Shown here: positions 1-8,690 of the stretch, one piece after another
Layout of the letters: each line of letters starts with the position of its first letter
Position numbering within the stretch: the first letter of the stretch is position 1
IMG/VR virus record: IMGVR_UViG_2687453163_000002
Span: 1 to 40,904 of that record
Reading direction: 5' to 3' (one strand)
From: a virus
Lineage: Duplodnaviria > Heunggongvirae > Uroviricota > Caudoviricetes
Length of the DNA stretch: 40,904 bases
Position numbers and translations under genes: made by a program
The notes under the pieces: generated by a model
Databases searched by the model: none
What the model was told of the DNA's origin: nothing
What the model saw: only the letters and a program-made list of their open reading frames with translations

Positions 1-114
1 ATAAAACCGGGTGATGCAAAAGTAGCCATTTGATTCACAAGGCCATTGACGCATCGCCCGGTTAGTTTTAACCTTGTCCACCGTGATTCACGTTCGTGAA
101 CATGTCCTTTCAGG

Positions 115-190
115 GCCGATATAGCTCAGTTGGTAGAGCAGCGCATTCGTAATGCGAAGGTCGTAGGTTCGACTCCTATTATCGGCACCA
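115..190 (+). tRNA. thrW: tRNA-Thr (anticodon CGU), thrW-type; prophage integration target
   Basis: 76-nt cloverleaf: acceptor GCCGATA / TATCGGC, D-arm AGCTCAGTTGGTAGAGCA, anticodon loop CATTCGTAATG (CGT), T-arm GGTTCGACTCC, encoded CCA end. Confidence 0.9.
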
Positions 191-208
191 TTTAAATCAA
201 TAAGTTAC
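145..208 (+). repeat. attL: attL core: 64-bp direct repeat (3' 46 nt of tRNA-Thr plus 18 bp) identical to 39155-39218
   Basis: Exact 64-bp match between 145-208 and 39155-39218; flanking bases differ on both sides; the integrase gene stop lies inside the repeat. Confidence 0.85.
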
Positions 209-1365
209 CTCGCATTTAAGTAAACCACGTTCTCCTCTTGTGCCGTATTTGTGCCATTGCGACTTATAATCGCATCGATTTTGCTTGCGTGCTCGGTGAG
301 ATGCCCGGCTGAAAGGTGGGCGTATCTTTGAACCATTTCGAGAGTTTCCCATCCTCCCATCTCTTTAAGTGCAAGAAGAGAGACACCGGACTGAACCAGC
401 CAGCTTGCCCAGGTATGCCTCAGATCATGGAAGCGGAAGTTGCTAATGCCTGCCCGCTTTAACGCTCCCTTCCATGCCTTGTTGCTGTCGGTTCTCATCT
501 TCCTTACCGCTGCTGTTTTTGTTCCGTCGCTTCGGTAGGCAGGTTTGGTGTGGACAAATACCCATCTCTTATGGAGCCCCTGCTGTTTTCTTAATATCTG
601 GCATGCGGTTTCGTTAAGAGGAACTCCGATCGCATTGCCAGCTTTTGTTTCATCAGGGTGCATCCATGCCATTTTCTTATCCAGATCGACCTGTGACCAC
701 TCAAGGTCTGTAACGTTGGAACGGCGAAGGCCTGTCGTGATTGCAAACATGACCACAGGGAAGAAGTGAGGAGCAATTTCTGCAAACAGGCGCTTCGATT
801 CCTCCTCTGTAAGCCATCTGATGCGTCCATTCTTAACGCGTGGTGTTGATATTTTGGGTGCCCTGTCAAGCCATCCCCATTCAACAGCCATATTGAGAAT
901 GGCGCGAAGTATTGCCAGATGCCTCGTCTTCGTTCCTTTGCTTGCAAGCTTTGGTTTATACTCCGGCACCGGATTGCCAAGTCGCAAACACCTGTCCCGG
1001 CTCATCTCCCAGTTCAGGCGATGGCGGCGGTTTTCCATCCCGTCTACCGCCTCCATTATTTTTTCTGTTGTTATGTCAGAGAGAATGGCTTCTCTGAAGT
1101 GCAACATCCAGAACGATATAATGCTCTTGTCATCATCAATGGACTTCTTATCCGATTTCTCACGCAGCCACCGTATGCAGGCTTCCTTGAATAGCTTTTT
1201 CGGTGATTCCCCGAGATTTTTTACTCTCCACGCTTCTGCTTTCAGACGATCGTGAAGTTCTTGCGCTTGCCTTTTGTCCGATGTTTCAAGAGAGCGTCTA
1301 ACTCTTGATCCATCTGGCGCGACGAAATCGCAGTGCCACGTGCCACCGCGTAGTTTGATTGACAT
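205..1365 (-). CDS. int: tyrosine integrase (P22 Int-like)
   Basis: 386-aa ORF abutting the tRNA; C-terminal catalytic-region motifs HDLRHTWAS...GGW...RYAHL typical of tyrosine recombinases. Confidence 0.9.
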   Translation of the reverse strand: MSIKLRGGTWHCDFVAPDGSRVRRSLETSDKRQAQELHDRLKAEAWRVKNLGESPKKLFKEACIRWLREKSDKKSIDDDKSIISFWMLHFREAILSDITTEKIMEAVDGMENRRHRLNWEMSRDRCLRLGNPVPEYKPKLASKGTKTRHLAILRAILNMAVEWGWLDRAPKISTPRVKNGRIRWLTEEESKRLFAEIAPHFFPVVMFAITTGLRRSNVTDLEWSQVDLDKKMAWMHPDETKAGNAIGVPLNETACQILRKQQGLHKRWVFVHTKPAYRSDGTKTAAVRKMRTDSNKAWKGALKRAGISNFRFHDLRHTWASWLVQSGVSLLALKEMGGWETLEMVQRYAHLSAGHLTEHASKIDAIISRNGTNTAQEENVVYLNAR

Positions 1366-1589
1366 GCTTTAACCTCCTGCACATCAACCGCATTCACCGC
1401 GCTATTGTGTCTCACAGACTTAAGCGCCGCAATGCAGTCTGACTTGCAAATGCGATATGGGCTTTTAGGTTTATCTGGATTTATCTTTGCGGCCTGAAGT
1501 CGTCCACTTCGTATCCACTGCGTGATAGTGCCTTTGTCTACCTTCAGATACGACGCTGCCTCTTCACGAGTGAAGATTTCTTCTTCCAC
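1242..1589 (-). CDS. xis: excisionase-like DNA-binding protein
   Basis: 115-aa ORF immediately upstream of and overlapping int on the same strand; helix-turn-helix-like segment FTREEAASYLKVDKGTITQWIRSGRL. Confidence 0.7.
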   Translation of the reverse strand: MEEEIFTREEAASYLKVDKGTITQWIRSGRLQAAKINPDKPKSPYRICKSDCIAALKSVRHNSAVNAVDVQEVKACQSNYAVARGTAISSRQMDQELDALLKHRTKGKRKNFTIV

Positions 1590-1679
1590 CTGGAATCTCC
1601 ATTTATTGGATTGGTATTATTGCGGTAGGTCTGGATATCATTGAGCAATGAACAGGCCTCATCGAGTATGAGGCTGTGG

Positions 1680-2024
1680 TTAGTCCTTGCGTAACTCGCT
1701 AATTCTTCTGTAAGTCTCTGGTGCTTTGTTTCCGTGTATCTTCATTTCAGACTTCAACAGATCAACGAGGGAATCCCATTCGTTGAGGATGCCTTTGAAT
1801 GCCGGAACGCGCTTTGCAACCTTGTCGAATGAATCTCTGATTTCTGGGATCTGCTCAACAAGTGCAACGCATCGTCTGAAATCGGCTGCGTCATGTGGAG
1901 CGCCGAAGTGATGACCATAGATATTCTTTTTCAGTCCACATGCGATTGAGGCAAGAGTTGCGCTACTGATGCCGACATCGCCAGTCGATTGCCATTTCAA
2001 AACCTTCATAGCCAAATCTGACAT
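1680..2024 (-). CDS. hypothetical early-left protein (about 114 aa from MSDLAMKV)
   Basis: ORF in the PL-operon orientation; start chosen at the ATG preceded by GGAGA, downstream of a terminator hairpin. No recognisable family. Confidence 0.5.
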   Translation of the reverse strand: MSDLAMKVLKWQSTGDVGISSATLASIACGLKKNIYGHHFGAPHDAADFRRCVALVEQIPEIRDSFDKVAKRVPAFKGILNEWDSLVDLLKSEMKIHGNKAPETYRRISELRKD

Positions 2025-2035
2025 TTCTTGTCTCC

Positions 2036-2062
2036 AATAAAAAACCGCCATCAGGCGGCTTG
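2036..2062 (-). terminator. rho-independent terminator-like hairpin within the leftward operon
   Basis: Minus strand reads GCCGCCTGATGGCGG followed by TTTTTT (stem CCGCC/GGCGG). Confidence 0.5.
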
Positions 2063-2218
2063 GTGTTCTTTCAGTTCTTCAATTCGAATATTGGTTACGT
2101 CTGCATGTGCTATCTGCGCCCACAGCATCCAGTGGTCATAGCAGTCGCTGATGTTCTCGGCTTCGATAACTCTGTTGAATGGTTCTCCATTCCATTCACC
2201 TGTAACTCGGAAGTGCAT
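2051..2218 (-). CDS. small hypothetical protein (55 aa, MHFRVTGEWNGEPF...)
   Basis: ORF below the 60-aa track cutoff; GGAGA 8 nt upstream of the ATG; ends in the terminator hairpin. Confidence 0.4.
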   Translation of the reverse strand: MHFRVTGEWNGEPFNRVIEAENISDCYDHWMLWAQIAHADVTNIRIEELKEHQAA

Positions 2219-2306
2219 TTATCATCTCCATAAAACAAAACCCTCCGTAGCGAGTTCAGATAAAAGAAATCCCCGCGAATGCGAGGATTGTTATGTAATA
2301 TTTGGT

Positions 2307-2588
2307 TTAATCATCTATATGTTTTGTACAGAGAGGGCAAGTATCGTTTCCACCGTACTCATGATAATAATTTTGCACGGTATCAGTCATTTCTCGCACA
2401 TTGCAGAATGGGGATTTGTCTTCATTAGACTTATAAACCTTCATGGAATATTTGTATGCCGACTCTATATCTATACCTTCATCTACATAAACACCTTCGT
2501 GATGTCTGCATGGAGACAAGACACCGGATCTGCACAACATTGATAACGCCCAATCTTTTTGCTCAGACTCTAACTCATTGATACTCAT
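2307..2588 (-). CDS. hypothetical Cys/His-rich small protein
   Basis: 93-aa ORF in leftward operon orientation; contains CPLC and CRHH motifs (possible zinc ligands). No family recognised. Confidence 0.5.
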   Translation of the reverse strand: MSINELESEQKDWALSMLCRSGVLSPCRHHEGVYVDEGIDIESAYKYSMKVYKSNEDKSPFCNVREMTDTVQNYYHEYGGNDTCPLCTKHIDD

Positions 2589-2790
2589 TTATAAACTCCT
2601 TGCAATGTATGTCGTTTCAGCTAAACGGTATCAGCAATGTTTATGTAAAGAAACAGTAAGATAATACTCAACCCGATGTTTGAGTACGGTCATCATCTGA
2701 CACTACAGACTCTGGCATCGCTGTGAAGACGACGCGAAATTCAGCATTTTCACAAGCGTTATCTTTTACAAACCCGTATTCCTGCTCATC

Positions 2791-3687
2791 TCACTCTCCT
2801 TTGATGCGAATGCCAGCAAGCCAGTTTCTTATGCCGATATATTCAGCGTTCCTGAAACCGCCATTTACATATATAAATGGCAAGCGAAGATTGTGACCAT
2901 TGGCTGCCAGGTAGTCTTTACAACCCTGTTCGGTGAAACAGCAGGTAACGAATTCATCAATATCTTTCACAGCAACGCGCCGCCATTTTTCTGGTGGCTC
3001 TCGAAAGTTTTCGTGAAGTAGTTCGAGACGACGACTTTGGCGTTTATTGGCTTCATTGCCATCTTCATCAACCCAGACAATCCGGTCATAGTCATAATCA
3101 GCATCAACAACGATTTCGCGCTTTTGATACACACAAAACATAGGGTCTGACGTTATTCGATTATCCTGTGTTCGAATATTTTCACCGATGATGCCAAACG
3201 AATCTGGTGCAGATTTTGTCTGCAACTCTTCGATACGTTCAGCCATCGCAGCACACTCTTCAAAGTTGCTTAATGCTTTTCGCTCCCATTCGGCGCATTG
3301 TTTTCCAAGCTCTGCAATCAGCTTGTCTTTGCCTTCCAGCTCAACACGCAGCTTCCCTACCGTTAACGCAATCTCCTCGTTCTCCTGGTCACGGCGTTTG
3401 ATGTATTGCTGGTTTCTTTCCAGCTCATCCAGCAGCGCCAAGACGGTAGCTGGATTGGCTGCGGCGATGAATTCAGCATTGGCCTGCTGTTCTATTTGGA
3501 AATCTTCATCGAAACCGCTTTCAGGATGCGCTCCTTCAATTCTGCAAATGGGAAGATATCCAACAACGTCACGATGAATTAGCGCATCATCACCATCAAA
3601 TTGGCCCTCTCCATATTCGAGCGACCACTCACCACACGTTGCTTTTTCTGCCGCCTCACGCAGTGCCTGATAGTCAATCTTGCTCAC
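2791..3687 (-). CDS. Ead/Ea22-like protein
   Basis: 298-aa ORF; N-terminal ALREAAEKATCGEWSLE motif and coiled-coil middle region resemble the Ea22/ead family of lambdoid early-left proteins (recalled, not searched). Confidence 0.55.
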   Translation of the reverse strand: MSKIDYQALREAAEKATCGEWSLEYGEGQFDGDDALIHRDVVGYLPICRIEGAHPESGFDEDFQIEQQANAEFIAAANPATVLALLDELERNQQYIKRRDQENEEIALTVGKLRVELEGKDKLIAELGKQCAEWERKALSNFEECAAMAERIEELQTKSAPDSFGIIGENIRTQDNRITSDPMFCVYQKREIVVDADYDYDRIVWVDEDGNEANKRQSRRLELLHENFREPPEKWRRVAVKDIDEFVTCCFTEQGCKDYLAANGHNLRLPFIYVNGGFRNAEYIGIRNWLAGIRIKGE

Positions 3688-4166
3688 TGGTTGCCTCCTT
3701 TGCGAAGCTGGTCGGCGAACAAACGTACACTAGATGCTTCACTGCGTAGAAACTTAACGGCATAATCAAAACCACCTCGTTCTGCGTCGTCTGCTCCGTT
3801 GTCGAGGTTATCTGCGTACATCTCTACCCCCTGCGCCCGTACTTCAGCCAGGAAAGCATCGGTGGCTGGAGTTTCAGTAACATCATCTTCCCATTCGCTA
3901 AACTCCTCACGACAAAAGTCATTAAATTCCTTCTCAGATTGCTTAAGTGAGGTATTTTCAGCAGCCATCTTCGCGCATTTAGCCTCAAGGTTATCAATCG
4001 TGATTCCAGCAGAACGACACTCCCGCAACGCCGTTTCTAGTTTTGATTCAAGTTCACCGAACTTACGCACAAGATATTCAGCGTTTGTTTCGTTAACCTT
4101 TAAATCTCGTGGGATGCATTTACCTTTCAGAAAACCATCCATCTCAATTAGTGTCATTTGTTTCAT
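3684..4166 (-). CDS. hypothetical coiled-coil protein
   Basis: 160-aa ORF whose stop overlaps the start of the downstream gene; acidic and coiled-coil-like. Confidence 0.5.
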   Translation of the reverse strand: MKQMTLIEMDGFLKGKCIPRDLKVNETNAEYLVRKFGELESKLETALRECRSAGITIDNLEAKCAKMAAENTSLKQSEKEFNDFCREEFSEWEDDVTETPATDAFLAEVRAQGVEMYADNLDNGADDAERGGFDYAVKFLRSEASSVRLFADQLRKGGNQ

Positions 4167-4327
4167 TTCTTCCCACTCCGCAACATCGCATTCAGATACT
4201 TGTTTTGATTCACTGATGGAAAAGAATTTCTCTTAAGCAATTCCTCTCTCGATGGCATTGGCTTTACGCGTTGGCGAATAATCATTTCTGCCGGAAGAAT
4301 GCCGGGGTTGTATGCAAGTCCTCTCAT
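4163..4327 (-). CDS. small hypothetical protein (start uncertain: 4327, 4345 or 4477)
   Basis: ORF 4163-4477 overlaps 4338-4631 in another frame; internal ATG at 4327 is preceded by GAGGAA, giving a 54-aa product. Confidence 0.35.
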   Translation of the reverse strand: MRGLAYNPGILPAEMIIRQRVKPMPSREELLKRNSFPSVNQNKYLNAMLRSGKK

Positions 4328-4337
4328 GGTAAATTCC

Positions 4338-4631
4338 TCAGTCATTACTGATAGCGCCATAGCGTGAGCGGTAATTACGCAGGCGCGGGTCAATTTCAGG
4401 GAAGTGGGTATATGTGGCTTTGCGGAATGGTCGGATTGATGTCTGGTAAATTCGCTCGCGTTCTTCTTTCTCTGCAAGCCATATACAGTGGCGAAATTCC
4501 TTTTCCTCTTTCGTTTCCTGCGGTAGCGACATTATCCGATCGTAGTTTTTTCTGAATTTATCCAGCACCTCCGATACGGAATTGCCGGAACAGCGGCGCG
4601 GGGCATCCGCACCATACAGAGGCGCTGGCAT
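4338..4631 (-). CDS. hypothetical protein at the position of P22 abc genes
   Basis: 97-aa ORF immediately downstream of the SSB-like gene in the recombination block; assignment by position only. Confidence 0.45.
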   Translation of the reverse strand: MPAPLYGADAPRRCSGNSVSEVLDKFRKNYDRIMSLPQETKEEKEFRHCIWLAEKEERERIYQTSIRPFRKATYTHFPEIDPRLRNYRSRYGAISND

Positions 4632-4654
4632 AATGGAATCCTTATGTTGCTACT

Positions 4655-5038
4655 TTAGAAGGGAATTGAATCGTCGTATTCAGGATGATTTTGATGATTG
4701 CTACTTTGCTGCTGTTGGCTGTTTCCTGAGGTTGCAAATCCAATCTTTGCATTCAGTAATTCAAGAGTGATTGATTGACCATTTTGCCCCTGATAAACAT
4801 CAACCCTGATGTTTTCTCCGGTAATTTCTACAATGCCACCTTCAACAAGAACACTACGGTAGTAATCCGCTTGCGCTCCCGGCTTGGCAAATACAACGGC
4901 GCTGTAGTTTGTCCATTCTTTCTTTTTTGTCTGGCGATCGTAATACTGAACGCCAGCACGGATGTTGAATCCGATATTTTCCCCGGCCTGAAACTCTCTT
5001 GCGGGCTTGTTTAGTCTTACAGTAATCGAATGTGCCAT
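4655..5038 (-). CDS. single-stranded DNA-binding protein-like (about 127 aa from MAHSITVRL)
   Basis: Start ATG overlaps the erf stop (TAATG); Gly/Gln-rich C-terminal region ending in DDSIPF, resembling the acidic SSB tail (DDDIPF in E. coli SSB). Confidence 0.65.
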   Translation of the reverse strand: MAHSITVRLNKPAREFQAGENIGFNIRAGVQYYDRQTKKKEWTNYSAVVFAKPGAQADYYRSVLVEGGIVEITGENIRVDVYQGQNGQSITLELLNAKIGFATSGNSQQQQSSNHQNHPEYDDSIPF

Positions 5039-5643
5039 TAAGCAGCCGCTCCTTCTAATTCGTCTCGTCTGATGTTGTAAACGTCCTGCGCTTTGTGCTG
5101 CTCCGGTGTGCCTTCGAGCATCTTCCACGCTTTGGCGAACGCCTGTTTAAGCTCTTCCACGGTGTTTTTCTGCAATGCTGCGTCAGTGAATGCTTTTAGA
5201 ACCTGTTCAGGTGTAGGTGATGGTTTTGATTGCTTTGCTGCTGCGTTCTGCTGATGTTTATGCTCGTCGGTATCTGCATCTTTCGCATCATCAATGCCGA
5301 ACAAACCATTGAGGCAATACTTGCGTGCATAAGAGCTTGTAGCTCCCGTAACTTGTGCAGAATCCATTCCTTTCTTGCTTTCTTCCTCTCGTGCAAGAGC
5401 GGTTGCTGTATGACTGTTTTCGCCATCAGTAATAGTTGCCGTTGCTTTCACGTAATACCGATCACCAATCAACACAACTTCATCGCTGATTGATAAAAAC
5501 AGGCCATTCAGTAACGGCTTAACGCCTTCAAGAATGTCTTCGCAGCTTCTGTATTTATATTTACCGAATGAGTTGTACTGATTCTTTGGCGCGTTCAGAT
5601 TCTCCTGAATGGCTGCCAGCCTTGCATAAAATTCTTTGCTCAT
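5038..5643 (-). CDS. erf: Erf single-strand annealing recombination protein
   Basis: From MSKEFYARLAAIQENLNAPKNQYNSFGKYKYRSCEDILEGVKPLL..., closely matching recalled P22 Erf; ORF track start at 5673 is probably too early. Confidence 0.85.
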   Translation of the reverse strand: MSKEFYARLAAIQENLNAPKNQYNSFGKYKYRSCEDILEGVKPLLNGLFLSISDEVVLIGDRYYVKATATITDGENSHTATALAREEESKKGMDSAQVTGATSSYARKYCLNGLFGIDDAKDADTDEHKHQQNAAAKQSKPSPTPEQVLKAFTDAALQKNTVEELKQAFAKAWKMLEGTPEQHKAQDVYNIRRDELEGAAA

Positions 5644-5744
5644 ATGTTTGATCTCAGAATGGACACGGCCCAAGAAAATAACGCTGATTTAATACTTCGA
5701 CTCGGGACAAATTAAGGCATACCCGCATTCCTTCGCGGTCGCCA

Positions 5745-5903
5745 TTATGGCGATACCAGAGAGCTTTCTGCGTGTACATGCGTCTCTGTAACCTGCTCTC
5801 CTTCACTGTGGTTGCAAGTGACATGAATATCTCCTTCGTTACCGATTAATTCTTTCATATGACGAATGAATTCTTCGTCTGACCAGTTATCTGTAAAACT
5901 CAT
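5745..5903 (-). CDS. small hypothetical protein (52 aa) at the kil/arf position
   Basis: ATG overlaps the stop of the upstream cIII-like ORF (ATGA coupling); lies between the cIII-like gene and erf. Confidence 0.4.
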   Translation of the reverse strand: MSFTDNWSDEEFIRHMKELIGNEGDIHVTCNHSEGEQVTETHVHAESSLVSP

Positions 5904-6070
5904 GGACGGCCTTGTTGTTTCAAAATATCCCAAAGCTTTTCGAGCAAACTTTTCATTCTTGGTTGTTTAAAGTCTGCTCCGGTTAAAATGTTTTTTCGTG
6001 AATGCTGTACCGATAAAATCGGGTTGAAAGGGCGAACCGATGCCGCCCCTGCAATAGCGAACTGTTGCAT
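5900..6070 (-). CDS. cIII: CIII-like protein (putative FtsH inhibitor), 56 aa
   Basis: Hand-translated MQQFAIAGAASVRPFNPILSVQHSRKNILTGADFKQPRMKSLLEKLWDILKQQGRP; AAGGAG RBS; resembles lambda CIII (MQYAIAG..., SLLER..., ...DILNQPGVP) from memory. Confidence 0.5.
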   Translation of the reverse strand: MQQFAIAGAASVRPFNPILSVQHSRKNILTGADFKQPRMKSLLEKLWDILKQQGRP

Positions 6071-6146
6071 AGGATGCTCCTTCTGTTTTATTGCATAACG
6101 AAAAACGCCTCGAGTGAAGCGTTATTGGTATGCGGTAACGCAGCGC

Positions 6147-6515
6147 TCAGACGGCTTTGATAGTCATATCATCTGAATCAAATATTCCTGATGTATCGAT
6201 ATCGGTAATTCTTATTCCTTCGCTACCATCCATTGGAGGCCATCCTTCCTGACCATTTCCATCATTCCAGTCGAACTCACACACAACACCATATGCATTT
6301 AAGTCGCTTGAAATTGCTATAAGCAGAGCATGTTGCGCCAGCATGATTAATACAGCATTTAATACAGAGCCGTGTTTATTGAGTCGGTGTTCAGAGTCTG
6401 ACCAGAAATTATTAATCTGGTGAAGTTTTTCCTCTGTCATTACGTCATGGTCGATTTCAATTTCTATTGATGCTTTCCAGTCGTAATCAATGATGTATTT
6501 TTTGATGTTTGACAT
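6147..6515 (-). CDS. hypothetical acidic protein
   Basis: 122-aa ORF with GAGGA RBS, directly preceded by a terminator-like hairpin; acidic C-terminal third. Confidence 0.5.
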   Translation of the reverse strand: MSNIKKYIIDYDWKASIEIEIDHDVMTEEKLHQINNFWSDSEHRLNKHGSVLNAVLIMLAQHALLIAISSDLNAYGVVCEFDWNDGNGQEGWPPMDGSEGIRITDIDTSGIFDSDDMTIKAV

Positions 6516-6532
6516 CTATTCATATCCTCATA

Positions 6533-6561
6533 GATAAAAAATCGCCCTCACACTGGAGGGC
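6533..6561 (-). terminator. rho-independent terminator-like hairpin (GCCCTC/GAGGGC + T-run)
   Basis: Minus strand: GCCCTCCAGTGTGAGGGC followed by ATTTTTTAT. Confidence 0.45.
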
Positions 6562-6973
6562 AAAGAAGATTTCCAATAATCAGAACAAGTCGGCTCCTGT
6601 TTAGTTACGAGCGACATTGCTCCGTGTATTCACTCGTTGGAATGAATACACAGAGCAGTGTTTATTCTGTTTTTTATGGCAAAAATAAAAGCTGCCATTA
6701 GGCAGCCTTGTTGTTCTGTTTACCAAGTTCTCTGGAAATCATTGCCGTCGTTCGTATTGTCCACACCATTGATTTTTATCAATAGTCGTAGTCATACGGA
6801 TAGTCCTGGTATTGTTCCATCACATCCTGAGGATGCTCTTCGAACTCTTCAAATTCTTCTTCCATATATCACCTCAAATAAGTGGTTTGCTGCCTAATTT
6901 CATTTTCTGGCGACCAACACAAGTCACACCCATTTCACTGCGTGGCTTGCGGTAGTAAATTAGGTTTGTTCAG

Positions 6974-6998
6974 ACAATAAAAAACCCACCGAAGTGGG
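6974..6998 (-). terminator. rho-independent terminator-like hairpin downstream of the 6999-7343 gene
   Basis: Minus strand: CCCACTTCGGTGGG followed by TTTTTTATT. Confidence 0.5.
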
Positions 6999-7343
6999 CT
7001 ATGACCATTTTTTATTTGGATTTCGTTGGTGAGCGTGATTAACAACTCTGTGCATTACATCCTCATATTTTTCATCTTCAATTTTTTCGACATCGCGAGG
7101 AAATGGTGTTGCTAATGCTTTGTCAACTTTGTCCATTGGGTCTTCATTAATCTTATATTCAGGGCCATCATCTATAGCATTAAATCCAGGTGTTACACCG
7201 TTTTTTAATGCATATGCTATCCTTTTTTCCCATCTCGCTATTCTCCTCCTGTCTCGAGATGTAAGACCTCTATCAGATACTTTTCTGTTTTGTCCGCGGT
7301 CAGGATTAACATAAATAGTCTTTTTCACCATAAGCATACTCAA
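6999..7343 (-). CDS. hypothetical basic protein immediately downstream of the N-like gene
   Basis: 114-aa ORF whose start overlaps the N-like stop; Arg/Lys-rich N-terminus, acidic C-terminus; no family recognised. Confidence 0.5.
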   Translation of the reverse strand: MSMLMVKKTIYVNPDRGQNRKVSDRGLTSRDRRRIARWEKRIAYALKNGVTPGFNAIDDGPEYKINEDPMDKVDKALATPFPRDVEKIEDEKYEDVMHRVVNHAHQRNPNKKWS

Positions 7344-7645
7344 TAAGCACCGTACGGTAGTTTACTGTACAATTTTATTTTTTGGACTGCATGTATTTTG
7401 TTTCCTAATGGGTTTGAATCTTTGTAATAAATACTTCTATTTTTTCGAACGACTTCTTCTTTCTTCTTGCAGCAAAGGCATCCTAGCGATGCTGCTTTGT
7501 CTGCTCTGACGCAACCAGAGAGCTTTAGCGCAATTTTTCGCGCCAGTGCTTCATTACTGCGTCGCTCGGCAATAAGTTCTGCTCTGCGAGCTTTGTAGCG
7601 GCTTTTTGCCGTACCTTTGGATTCTTTCCAGACAATGGTTACCAT
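7340..7645 (-). CDS. N-like transcription antiterminator (P22 gene 24 analogue)
   Basis: Start at MVTIVW preceded by AAGGAG; arginine-rich motif GTAKSRYKARRAELIAERR; first gene downstream of the PL/nutL region. Confidence 0.7.
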   Translation of the reverse strand: MVTIVWKESKGTAKSRYKARRAELIAERRSNEALARKIALKLSGCVRADKAASLGCLCCKKKEEVVRKNRSIYYKDSNPLGNKIHAVQKIKLYSKLPYGAY

Positions 7646-7755
7646 GATGGTCTCCTTTAAGTGGCTTTGGCGCATGACGCGTCGAGGTGCTTATCTTCTC
7701 GATCGCTGTCTTGCAGCTGCAATTCGCGCCATCCCCAAAACCACTCAAGTTCTGG

Positions 7756-7796
7756 TCTCAACGGTTAGGTTGAGAGTCCGTCGATGTTAAAGAGCC
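7756..7796 (-). promoter_or_regulatory. nutL: nutL-like site (boxA GCTCTTTAACA plus boxB hairpin)
   Basis: Minus strand GGCTCTTTAACATCG, then hairpin TCTCAAC-CTAACC-GTTGAGA; the same loop CTAACC recurs at the nutR candidate. Confidence 0.6.
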
Positions 7797-7839
7797 TGCC
7801 AATCTGTTCCGTTTGGCTTCCAGCGTCCTGCTGATGGCT

Positions 7840-7905
7840 TAAATTTAAGACTTCTTAATTTATTGGTCAAGTGCATTTTTGAAGAAAACTTAATTTTATG
7901 GGCGT
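7840..7905 (-). promoter_or_regulatory. PL promoter with OL operators
   Basis: Minus strand TTGACC-17 nt-TAAATT; palindromic ATTTAAGACTTCTTAATT element overlapping the spacer. Confidence 0.6.
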
Positions 7906-7930
7906 GAATTTAGTTTGTCTTTGATTTTTA

Positions 7931-7959
7931 ACGGGAAATAAAAAAGGGGCGAAAGCCCC
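7931..7959 (-). terminator. rho-independent terminator after the repressor gene
   Basis: Minus strand AAGGGGCTTTCGCCCCTTTTTATTT directly after the c2 stop codon. Confidence 0.6.
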
Positions 7960-8610
7960 TTAAGGAAGGTTTGCTAGCTTGGCATCAACGACAACGCCAA
8001 TGATTTTACAGTTCCCATTGATTTCAATCATTGGGTATTGTGGATTGAGTGGTTTCAGGAATTTTCTACCGGCATCAATAACTAACTTTTTGAATGTCGC
8101 CTCGTTTTCTCCTTCAAGTTTGGCGACTACCAACTTTCCATTACGTGGTTCGACTTCTGGGTCGACGAGAATAATCATCCCCTCAGGAATACTCAGTCCT
8201 GCCGGGGCAGTCATTGAATCGCCTTTAACGTCGAGCCAAAAAGAGTCTTCAGAACAATCTACCGTTGTGTCGTACCAGTTATCTATTGCACGCCTATGAT
8301 ATGGCTCTACAGCTTCCATCCAACATCCTGCGCTTACCCAACTAATTAGAGGATACGAACCTCTTGGATCATGCCTGCTGTGATAGGCAATGTTTGAAAG
8401 ACTATCCTCTCCTTTCAACAGGTAATCAGGGGAGCACTGCAAAGCCTTGGCTAAGGCCAATAGGTTTTCGCCATTGGGCTCAGTTTCAGATCGCTCCCAT
8501 TGGGAAATAGCAACATTAGACACGCCAACCATCTTGCCAAGGGCAGCCTGCCTAATCTTGAGTTCTTTTCTGCGAGCGCGAATACGCTCACCCATCAGTT
8601 GTGTATTCAT
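7960..8610 (-). CDS. c2: C2 repressor (P22 c2-type, LexA-like autocleavage domain)
   Basis: 216-aa ORF MNTQLMGERIRARRK...GVVVDAKLANLP, near-identical to recalled P22 C2; HTH segment QAALGKMVGVSNVAISQWE. Confidence 0.95.
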   Translation of the reverse strand: MNTQLMGERIRARRKELKIRQAALGKMVGVSNVAISQWERSETEPNGENLLALAKALQCSPDYLLKGEDSLSNIAYHSRHDPRGSYPLISWVSAGCWMEAVEPYHRRAIDNWYDTTVDCSEDSFWLDVKGDSMTAPAGLSIPEGMIILVDPEVEPRNGKLVVAKLEGENEATFKKLVIDAGRKFLKPLNPQYPMIEINGNCKIIGVVVDAKLANLP

Positions 8611-8690
8611 AGTTAAGACATCTTAAATAAACTTGACTTAAGATTCCTTTGGTGGATAATTTAAGTGTTCTTTAATTTCGGAGCGAGTCT
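8611..8690. promoter_or_regulatory. OR operators with divergent PR/PRM promoters
   Basis: P22-type 18-bp palindromes AGTTAAGACATCTTAAAT and ATTTAAGTGTTCTTTAAT; PR candidate TTGACT-17-ATAATT ahead of cro. Confidence 0.7.

Noticed and set aside
545-1255. Several plus-strand ORFs (545-769, 821-1255, 912-1097, 919-1194) and a minus-strand ORF (591-980) inside the integrase gene
   Set aside because: All lie antisense to or out of frame within a well-supported 386-aa integrase ORF; no RBS or motif support.
6658-6897. Plus-strand 79-aa ORF in the post-N gap
   Set aside because: Runs against the operon direction, lacks an RBS, and has low-complexity hydrophobic translation.
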